Positions 38,576 through 48,272 of a stretch of DNA of 59,430 bases are shown in pieces. The stretch spans positions 1-59,430 of the forward strand of contig JABDGA010000004.1 in assembly GCA_013286285.1 (NCBI GenBank). The letters run 5' to 3'. The notes under the pieces were generated by a model. It searched no databases. It saw nothing but the letters and a program-made list of their open reading frames with translations, and was not told the origin of the DNA. The translations under genes were made by a program, and so were the position numbers. Source of the stretch: Alphaproteobacteria bacterium (GTDB lineage Bacteria; Pseudomonadota; Alphaproteobacteria; Rickettsiales; JABCZZ01). Positions within the stretch are counted from its first letter, which is position 1, and every line of letters starts with the position of its first letter.

Positions 38576-39294
38576 GAGAGAAAGAAAGGCAGGCGTCTCA
38601 ATGGCATATTGATGCCTTCGATGGAAAGGCAGGCATAGCTTTCATTTCGTGGCGTACATCTGACCTCTATGATAGCGATACTATTTTGGACATACCTGCG
38701 TATACTATTGCGCCTCCCAACTTCCGGGCAGAAGCAGTATCGTCACGAAGCATTGCATTTGCTGCCGGGGCACGTGGTTTTCAAACTGGCTTATTTGATA
38801 AGGAGGCCAGAGAAATAGGTTTTGCGGATATTCAAGCTATAGAGGAATTGGTACGCCGGTTATATATAGCGTTATCAGGTAGAGGAGAGCCGGAAGGAGG
38901 AGGTGAAGGTAGAGGGGAGGATTTTCCGCACGGAGGTGGCGGAGGGCCTGCTGAAGGAGGAGAATTGGTTGATCGTGTGTTAGAGCAATTCCGTGCTTTT
39001 AGGCATTCTGCAGCAGAACGCTCAACTGTAACATTTAGGAAAATTGATTGGGACGATATTATTGGTGTAGGTAGATTAAATTCTAGTTTCTTCCGGGATG
39101 GTATAGAAGAAGGTAGTTTTTGGCTCATAAAGAGGGCGTCAGAAATTTTGTCATCTGAAAATGTGTCTTTTTATCTTGACTCGCTGGCGCCAGCAGTAAG
39201 GCTACATCAAATACTTTGGCCTGAGATGCTTTGCAAAGGGATGAGAATTGACCGGTATTATGTATCAAACACACCTAGGAAAGAAATTTTATGA
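38572..39294 (+). CDS. Hypothetical protein with Gly/Glu linker, probably C-terminally truncated
   Basis: ATGA overlap with the previous gene; last codons run through an IS1595-like end. Confidence 0.65.
   Translation: MREKERQASQWHIDAFDGKAGIAFISWRTSDLYDSDTILDIPAYTIAPPNFRAEAVSSRSIAFAAGARGFQTGLFDKEAREIGFADIQAIEELVRRLYIALSGRGEPEGGGEGRGEDFPHGGGGGPAEGGELVDRVLEQFRAFRHSAAERSTVTFRKIDWDDIIGVGRLNSSFFRDGIEEGSFWLIKRASEILSSENVSFYLDSLAPAVRLHQILWPEMLCKGMRIDRYYVSNTPRKEIL
39253..39276 (+). mobile_element. Possible IS1595-family (ISNha5-type) terminal repeat
   Basis: CGGTATTATGTATCAAACACACC fits the CGGnnTT end signature; partner end not found. Confidence 0.4.
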
Positions 39295-39443
39295 ACAATG
39301 AAGAAATTAGACTCGAATGTCTAAAACTAGCCGGAAACGATATGAAGATCGCCCAAGAGTATTCTGAATTTGCGTTATACGGGAAGATTAAGGGCGATGA
39401 CCAACCGAAGCCAGTCATCGCTGTCAAGAAGAGTAAGAAGTAA
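39291..39443 (+). CDS. Small hypothetical protein (50 aa, MNNEEIRLECLKLA...)
   Basis: Own translation, absent from the ORF track; AGGA upstream. Confidence 0.5.
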   Translation: MNNEEIRLECLKLAGNDMKIAQEYSEFALYGKIKGDDQPKPVIAVKKSKK

Positions 39444-39651
39444 TGTTATTCCCCGGTTCTCACCAGTTTGCGAGCTTCTTTATAAGCCGCAATGATTTCT
39501 TGTTTAGTAGCGGCATCGGCGCGAGTTCCTTTCACTTGCAAAACTTTTCCATCTGCATGAAGCAATTTTTCGGTAAGCTGAAGAACTGCCCCTTCTGGGG
39601 TTACATTAAAATCAGTCATGATAATTTTCCTTTATATTATGGGGTATAAAA

Positions 39652-39891
39652 ATGAGTTTTGTTCAACGTGAATTAGATAGAATTACAGTTGCGCTGCGTG
39701 AGCCGCAGACAGAAGAAAAATACAATCAGCTATATGCGGCTCAGCAATCCTTATCATGGGTATTGGAACCGGGTGGTTACAAATACCCTTATGATATGAT
39801 TATGGACACTGGGGCAGATGCAGGAGGTTATCTGCTAAACTTGAGTCCGCCTCTGTCTTTAGATATTCATGGCCGTTGCGAGATTCAATGA
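39652..39891 (+). CDS. Small hypothetical protein (MSFVQRELDRI..LYAAQQ)
   Basis: GGGG RBS; helical N-terminus; 3' end overlaps the convergent DUF3892 gene. Confidence 0.55.
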   Translation: MSFVQRELDRITVALREPQTEEKYNQLYAAQQSLSWVLEPGGYKYPYDMIMDTGADAGGYLLNLSPPLSLDIHGRCEIQ

Positions 39892-40081
39892 TTATCCACG
39901 CACTTTTGTTACCTACCGAAGTATAAAAGGCTATGGATTTGTTTCTTATTTCCTTGATCGCATCAGCTTCCAAGTAATAGAATCTTTTCCCACCGTGTGT
40001 GCCGCCAATTCCGATGATGTGACCGTGTTTATCACGGCTTCCTGTATGCTTTATACAGCTTACTTGAACGTTCATAGTCAT
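39800..40081 (-). CDS. DUF3892 family protein
   Basis: HIIGIGG..AIKEI..FY..YLKTEAD..DNLLHLPQC; AAGGAG RBS. Confidence 0.85.
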   Translation of the reverse strand: MTMNVQVSCIKHTGSRDKHGHIIGIGGTHGGKRFYYLEADAIKEIRNKSIAFYTSVGNKSAWIIIESRNGHEYLKTEADSSLADNLLHLPQCP

Positions 40082-40133
40082 AGTTGTAATACTCCTTGAA
40101 ACTTTATTGTGAATAAAGTAGGAGAAGCAAACC

Positions 40134-40243
40134 TTGACAAAAATCGAGGTGAGAGTAGTGTGACTTTCAGAACGTTCTGTCCGTAGGCTTGATTTGCTGT
40201 CTCCTACGGGGTTACTACCGGGGGTCATGAGCCTCCGGTTTTA
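40134..40243 (+). ncRNA. Candidate small RNA with its own promoter and terminator
   Basis: TTGACA-N16-TAGTGT; hairpin CCGTAGG/CCTACGG; hairpin ACCGGGGG/CCTCCGGT followed by Ts. Confidence 0.35.
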
Positions 40244-40335
40244 ATCCTTAAACACATTCCTATCAGAATTTTTCAAACAATCAATAAATAGTTTTAAATC
40301 AGCATGATACCACTATATGTAGTGGTTTAGGTTAT

Positions 40336-40563
40336 TTATTCTTCCAGCCTGACAACATTGCACCCCACCGCCATAAGGCACTGCACAAGGAAAACAGCGG
40401 TAAATCCGCCCCGGCTGATCTTGTTATTAATATTCGCTTCTGCGTCCTGTATGCCCATTTCTCCCAGTTTTTCGGCAAGCTCCTTGTAGCTGACATTCCG
40501 TTTTTTCAGTTCAGCTTTCAGGAGTCCTTTGACTTTTTCTGCCCATTCTTTCTCCGTTAACAT
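40336..40563 (-). CDS. DUF6471 family DNA-binding protein
   Basis: LLKAELKKRNVSYKELAEKL..NINNKISRGGFTAVFLVQCL. Confidence 0.8.
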   Translation of the reverse strand: MLTEKEWAEKVKGLLKAELKKRNVSYKELAEKLGEMGIQDAEANINNKISRGGFTAVFLVQCLMAVGCNVVRLEE

Positions 40564-40674
40564 ATTCACCTCGTTAATTATGGTTTTTATAACCATAAAC
40601 GATATGATTATAGTTGACAATAGCCCTAAATATAACTATATTCGATATATAAAGAACGAATTTAGTTATAAGAC

Positions 40675-40842
40675 ATGTCTCAACACTTCCTATTATCAGC
40701 CGCAGCAAGGACGCTTTCACTAGCGAAAGTGATGCGTATGAGCGAACAGGAAGCGTTTGACACTTTCAGGGCAATCCGCTGGGTAGAACATGACGGCAAG
40801 CCCGTTTGTCCCCGTTGCGGCTGCATGGCGGTGTATAGCTAG
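40675..40842 (+). pseudogene. IS1595-family transposase, N-terminal fragment
   Basis: MSQHFLLSAAARTLSL..EAFDTFRAIRW..PVCPRCG zinc ribbon start, then stop. Confidence 0.8.
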
Positions 40843-41114
40843 GCAGCACAATAAAAACTTGGCTTGCATCTTGAGATGCTAGGGAGAAAGCGCCTACGTT
40901 AGTTGAAATAATCCCAAAAGAAGACCTGCCAATACAGCTTCTCTAAGACTATGGCCTTTCCCGCTTTTACATCAGCCCCCAATAATGGTAGTCTCCTTCG
41001 TGACTATTCGCTAATATACGCTACAAGCCGCATTCTGTTTGTAGGTTATTTTGTGGGTCTGAGAAACGAATAATCAATCAACTTATTGATTTGTATCAAT
41101 ATAAATCAATGAAA

Positions 41115-41204
41115 TGGCGGATGGGGTGAGATTCGAACTCACGGAGAGCTTGCACCCTCGGCAGTTTTCAAGACTGCTGCCTTAAACCGCTCGGCCACCC
41201 ATCC
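41115..41204 (-). tRNA. tRNA-Ser (UGA)
   Basis: GGATGGG..GCAGT-CTTGAAA-ACTGC, long variable arm, GTTCGAATC, encoded CCA. Confidence 0.95.
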
Positions 41205-41338
41205 TTATGGCGGTTTATAACATAATTTCCCATGCTGTCTATAAAAGCGACCGTCTCCTGGACAAAAGTTTTCTTCTGGTATTTTGTAGGATCGCAGAGT
41301 AATGTCTCCATAACCGATTGAAAGGATTATCCGTTCCC

Positions 41339-41737
41339 ATGATGTGCGTTCGTACTTACCTTGCTCCCAGTTCCATTCACGGTATCGGCGTATTCGCGGC
41401 GGAAGATATCCCTGCCGATAGCATCACATGGCAATATACCCCCGGGCTTGACGTTGCCTTAAGTTTTGAGCAGGTGCGCAATCAGTCGCCTATTATCCTG
41501 GAATTTTTACGCCATTACCTCTATGTCCCCAAAACGATTTCGGGCATTTACATCTTATGTTCCGATAATGGCCGTTTTATCAATCATTCTGACACCCCCA
41601 GCCTCGTGACTGACCCTCACCAAGAAAGCGACCGAACAGTACGCCTCATTCGCAAAGGGGAAGAGCTTACCTGCAACTATCACACCGATTTTGCTGCTGA
41701 TCCCGTCTTTGGCTGGAAACCGGGCGATCGTATTTAA
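41339..41737 (+). CDS. SET domain protein
   Basis: SSIHGIGVFA, RFINHSDTP, IRKGEELTCNY. Confidence 0.9.
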   Translation: MMCVRTYLAPSSIHGIGVFAAEDIPADSITWQYTPGLDVALSFEQVRNQSPIILEFLRHYLYVPKTISGIYILCSDNGRFINHSDTPSLVTDPHQESDRTVRLIRKGEELTCNYHTDFAADPVFGWKPGDRI

Positions 41738-41767
41738 GTGCAGCCTCTTTGATACATTTACTAATGA

Positions 41768-41796
41768 TTGGCCAAGCCCTTAAATCCTGATACTAT
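41768..41796 (+). promoter_or_regulatory. Sigma70-like promoter of the C4-like module
   Basis: TTGGCC-N17-TACTAT. Confidence 0.5.
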
Positions 41797-41938
41797 TCTT
41801 GTTGGCGCTTCAACCCCGCCACTAAGAACGTTTGCCGCTCACGACAGAGCGATTTTTTATGTCTGTAATTTGCAGGCGCTTAATCTCCTATGTCGGGAGT
41901 AGACCAAATATAATACCCGAAAGCAACGGTGTTGCGAG

Positions 41939-42877
<939 letters not shown>

Positions 42878-43031
42878 TCATGCCTCCGCCTAATATACGA
42901 ACGCGAAGTTCCCGCAACGGTTCGAGGAATGATGAAATGGGCGGCGGCTCTCGCTTGCGGACGCATATCGCTTGCTAGGGAAAACCGAGTTCACCGCCCG
43001 CACAAGGAGGACTGGCCAGCCCTCCTTGTGC
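42878..43031 (-). ncRNA. IS110 bridge RNA (5' stem-loop, target-binding loop, donor-binding loop)
   Basis: Hairpin 43000-43031; target loop 42939-42999; donor guides 42914-42921 and 42890-42896 match the element ends. Confidence 0.8.
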
Positions 43032-43148
43032 AACATCAAGCAATCTATCAATGCTCAAAGCTGCTTTCTACATATTAGGGGAATACACCATTCACGTTTC
43101 TTAGCGTGGGGTCTAAACTCCTGACACTTCAACATAGGAGAATAGACC

Positions 43149-43373
43149 ATGCAATACAGCTCCCGCCTGCTCCGCCACTTCCGCCTTACCATCGGCCAGA
43201 ATATCCACCGCCTGCGCAGCGAAAAGCGGTGGTCGTTACACCGGCTTTCCATCCTCACCGATATTCCCGAACATTTGCTCGACCATTACGAAGTAGGCAA
43301 GAATGAAATAGCATTGGATGAATTGCTGAGAATTGCCTGCGCACTCAAGGCAGAAGTGCCGGAATTTTTATAA
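43149..43373 (+). CDS. XRE-family helix-turn-helix protein
   Basis: IGQNIHRLR..WSLHRLS..YEVGK..LLRIACAL; AGGAG RBS. Confidence 0.85.
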   Translation: MQYSSRLLRHFRLTIGQNIHRLRSEKRWSLHRLSILTDIPEHLLDHYEVGKNEIALDELLRIACALKAEVPEFL

Positions 43374-43419
43374 TTTATCCGTTATTGCAAGCACAGCGCC
43401 TACGAGCTACACTCATCCA

Positions 43420-43515
43420 CCTAAATAAAAATACATCGTCATACCGCTGCTTGACAGCGTTACCTCATGGAGGACCCCTGAGATTCCGGCTTTCGCCAGA
43501 ATGACGGATATGTAT
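43420..43515. repeat. Palindromic repeat, copy of 16899-16994
   Basis: Direct alignment including flanks. Confidence 0.85.
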
Positions 43516-43528
43516 CACATTTCCCAAC

Positions 43529-43562
43529 AAAAAAGCCTCCGTGTTTCCACGGAGGCTTTTTC
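43529..43562 (-). terminator. Intrinsic terminator of the 16S transcript
   Basis: AAAAAAGCCTCCGTG-TTTC-CACGGAGGCTTTTT. Confidence 0.85.
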
Positions 43563-43684
43563 GCGTTGTTTAATGCGGTAATGAACAGAGCATCTAGGCA
43601 CAGGTGACGGCAGTGCGGATATGTAAGATACGAGAAATAAACCGTAGCATAATTGCCACTGACATTAATACTTCTCATCCTTAG

Positions 43685-45172
<1,488 letters not shown>

Positions 45173-45447
45173 TGATCCTGCTTTAGTATTAAACCAAAGC
45201 GAAATTGATTGACTCGCACGCTGTCACATTACCCCCTGCTTGCGCCCGGAGATAATTGCGACATATAAATTTAGTTAAAAAATTACATGGTGTAACTATT
45301 TGCATAGTTACTTGCACAAATAACAGCGTACGATAAAATTCCGCACGCCATCACCTGCGCTTAAATGCTCTATTCACTCTGTAAAACATCAGGATTTCGC
45401 CACTGCTGGCCATACCACTTTAACCCCACCTCGCGGCAGGGAGGCAA

Positions 45448-45476
45448 CTTATAGAGGGGGTTTATGGACTAGTCAA
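45448..45476 (-). promoter_or_regulatory. rRNA promoter
   Basis: TTGACT-N17-TATAAG with AT-rich upstream element. Confidence 0.7.
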
Positions 45477-45585
45477 CACTAAAAAATAAGTTTCGCATAA
45501 AAAATCTATGCGGTTGTTTTGTTTAGGATTTTAAAGAAACGGCGGGGTGAGTAAAAGTCAGATGATGGCAATTCACCGGCTCGTT

Positions 45586-47094
45586 TTATTTTTTACTACT
45601 TTCCTGCCACCCTCCCCCCAGTGCCTGTACCAACTGAATACGGGAATTGCAGCGCCGGGTTTCTATGTCAATCAAGGATAATTGCGCCTGCAGCGAGGTA
45701 TTTTCAGCTACGACTACGTCGAGATAGGTAACGATGCCGCCCTTGTAGCGGTATTCCGCCTGCCGGAGCGCCTTTTTCGCCGCGCCGGTCGCAGAAGCCT
45801 GACTTACGCTTTCCTTCTCCAGTTGCCGTATGGCAACAAGACTATCCTCCACCTCCTGGTAGGCAGTCAGCACGGTCTGGCGGTACCCAGCAACAGCCTG
45901 ATCATACGCAGCGTGCGCCTGATTGGAGAGCGCATGGATACGCCCGGCGTCAAATAAGGTAAGCACAGCGGCGGGCCCCAGCGACCAGAATTCGCTCGGC
46001 GACGTAAACAGGGTCGCGCGTGCGATGCTTTCAAAGCCGCCTGCAAGGCTAAAGGTAAAATCCGGAAAATACGCAGCACGCGCCACGCCGATATCGGCAT
46101 TGGCCGCCGCCGTGCGGCGTTCCGCCGCGGCAATGTCCGGGCGGCGTTCCAGCAGTTGCGACGGCATGCCCGGATCGATGGCGGGCAGTGTAGTGGTGAG
46201 GGACGTCACGGGATCGATCTTGAAATTGGACGGCATCTCCCCGGTCAACACCGCTATGGCATGCTCCAGCTGCGCACGCTTGAGCTGCGTTTCTGCCGAC
46301 TGCGTTTTCGCATTTTCCAACTGCGTCTGCGCCTGATCGACATCCATCTCTGCCGCAATACCGCCTTCATGCCGCCGCCTGGTCATGTCATAGGCTTTCT
46401 GGTAGGCAATCACCGCTTCATTCAGCACTTTTTGCGCGGCATCATATCCCCGTAAGGTAAAATAATCCGTCGCCAGCTCGGCATGCATGCTCAAATCCAT
46501 GGTGGCAAGGTCCGCTGCGCTTGCCTGTGCCCGCTTGCCTGCGGCAGCGGCGGCATTGCGCACTTTCCCCCACACGTCAATCTCATACGATAAATCAGCC
46601 CCCACCACATTGTCATTATATAGCGTTAACGGGGCACCAATGTTGACATTGTGGGAAAGCTGCACCCGGCTTTCACCGATATTACCGGTGATCGTCGGAA
46701 AGAACGCCGCACGCGCCGCCGCCGCCGCCGCACGCGCTTGCTGGTAGCTGGCGAGTGCCACCTTGATATTCTGGTTGGCGGACACGACTTTCACCTCCAA
46801 CGCATCCAGCTTCGGATCGTAAAAAATCATCCACCATTTACCGCGCTCTATCGCATCCGCCGGCTGCGCCAGTTTCCACCCCTTGCCCTCTTTATACTCT
46901 GCCGGCGGCGGCGTTTCCGGACGCTGGTAATTGGGCGCGAGCGAGCAGGAAGATAATACGTATTCAATGACTACTGTCATTGCGAGCCAGCGAAGCTGGC
47001 GCGGCAATCCAGCTTTTGCCAGCACGAAGGTTTCTGGATTGTCACGACCGTTACGCGGTCTCGCAATAACGAAAGACCTCAGGAAACATCTCAT
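45586..47094 (-). CDS. NodT/TolC-family outer membrane efflux lipoprotein
   Basis: LSSC lipobox, SYEIDVWGKVR, LLERRPDIAAAER, ALGGGW. Confidence 0.92.
   Translation of the reverse strand: MRCFLRSFVIARPRNGRDNPETFVLAKAGLPRQLRWLAMTVVIEYVLSSCSLAPNYQRPETPPPAEYKEGKGWKLAQPADAIERGKWWMIFYDPKLDALEVKVVSANQNIKVALASYQQARAAAAAARAAFFPTITGNIGESRVQLSHNVNIGAPLTLYNDNVVGADLSYEIDVWGKVRNAAAAAGKRAQASAADLATMDLSMHAELATDYFTLRGYDAAQKVLNEAVIAYQKAYDMTRRRHEGGIAAEMDVDQAQTQLENAKTQSAETQLKRAQLEHAIAVLTGEMPSNFKIDPVTSLTTTLPAIDPGMPSQLLERRPDIAAAERRTAAANADIGVARAAYFPDFTFSLAGGFESIARATLFTSPSEFWSLGPAAVLTLFDAGRIHALSNQAHAAYDQAVAGYRQTVLTAYQEVEDSLVAIRQLEKESVSQASATGAAKKALRQAEYRYKGGIVTYLDVVVAENTSLQAQLSLIDIETRRCNSRIQLVQALGGGWQESSKK
46976..47070. 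repeat. RPE-like family A element lying in frame in the signal-peptide region
   Basis: GTCATTGCGAG..GCAATCCAG..CTGGATTG..CTCGCAATAAC, same family as 61-192. Confidence 0.8.
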
Positions 47095-48272
47095 GGTTTC
47101 TTCTCTTCGTGTTTATCTGCGTCCTTCTTCCCCTCCTCTTTCTTCACCGGCTGGGCAACGCGCACCTGCTCTCCTGAGATCAGGGAATCGGGCGGGTTGA
47201 CGATGACGATTTCCTGCGGATCGATGCCGGAAACGATTTCCACCGTATTGCCAAAGTCGCGTCCCATCATGACGGTTTTTAGCAGCGCATGGTTGTTCGC
47301 ATCGAGGGTCGCCACCTGGAGGCCCTCACTTCTAAAAATAAGGGTATTAGCTGGCAGGCGTACATGGGTCGGAGGCGACGGTACTTTCATATGCACCTCG
47401 GCATAGCCGCCGGAAAGCAATTTATTACCAGGATTATCCAGCACAAACTCAATAAGCTGCGTGCGCACTGAAGGCTCTATGGCGTCCGCCGCATGGTAAA
47501 GCTTTGCCTTATAGCCGCGCCTGGGATGATCGGTAAAAAAAATCTCGGCAGTGAGATCCGGCGTTATTGAGGCACTGTAGTTTTCCGGCACCTGGACATA
47601 GACACGCAGTTTGTCTGTCTGGGAGACATGAAATAGAATTTGGCCGGTGGTGCTGCCGGAGTTGATCAATTGGCCGACATCGGTAGTGCGCGAGGTGACA
47701 ATACCGTCAAATGGCGCGCTGACGCGCTTGAACGACTCTAGATCGTGGAGATGATCCACATTCGCCTGTGCGGAAGCAAGCATAGCCGCCTTCGCACGGG
47801 CATCGCCTGTCTTCTCGTCTGCCTCCTGCTTCGACACCGAGTCCGTCGTGAGCAGGTTCTCCCAGCGCTCCGCAGTCACCTGAGCGAGTTGGTTATTGGC
47901 TTGCGCCGTCAGCAGATCCGCCTCCGCCTGGCGAAGCTGCGCATCAATTTCCGGCGTATCAATCTCCGCCATCAAATCGCCTTTTTTCACCCGCGTCCCC
48001 ATGCCGGTGTACCATGCCTTAATATATCCGTTGGTACGGGCGTAAATCGGCGCACCATGCCAGGCGGTGACGTTGCCCGGGAGCACGATTTCCTCTTCCG
48101 CCGGGCCGCTGGAAGCATGAATCACATTGACTACCTGTACCGCCTGCTCTTCTGTTTTGGACTTCAATACCGACTCGGCATAAATGCGCCATGCGATAAT
48201 GCCAAACGCCACGCCTAACACAACCGCCAACGGCCAGAACCTCCTGCGCTGCTGTAATGGTTTTCTCCTCAT
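47091..48272 (-). CDS. RND efflux periplasmic adaptor (MFP)
   Basis: N-terminal TM, IYARTNGY, VKKGDL, APFDGIVT, VYVQVPE. Confidence 0.92.
   Translation of the reverse strand: MRRKPLQQRRRFWPLAVVLGVAFGIIAWRIYAESVLKSKTEEQAVQVVNVIHASSGPAEEEIVLPGNVTAWHGAPIYARTNGYIKAWYTGMGTRVKKGDLMAEIDTPEIDAQLRQAEADLLTAQANNQLAQVTAERWENLLTTDSVSKQEADEKTGDARAKAAMLASAQANVDHLHDLESFKRVSAPFDGIVTSRTTDVGQLINSGSTTGQILFHVSQTDKLRVYVQVPENYSASITPDLTAEIFFTDHPRRGYKAKLYHAADAIEPSVRTQLIEFVLDNPGNKLLSGGYAEVHMKVPSPPTHVRLPANTLIFRSEGLQVATLDANNHALLKTVMMGRDFGNTVEIVSGIDPQEIVIVNPPDSLISGEQVRVAQPVKKEEGKKDADKHEEKKP

Larger units (their letters stand above)
36481..41114. mobile_element. Decayed genomic island at the tRNA-Ser 3' end
   Basis: Right side abuts the tRNA CCA end; left side is a tRNA-3'-like fragment (TGGCGG..TCGAACT) plus CAGGGAA repeats; visibly AT-richer; IS remnants; no integrase seen. 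Confidence 0.6.

Noticed and set aside
39443-39649. 68-aa Phe-rich ORF
   Set aside because: Atypical composition, no recognisable family; cannot support it as a gene
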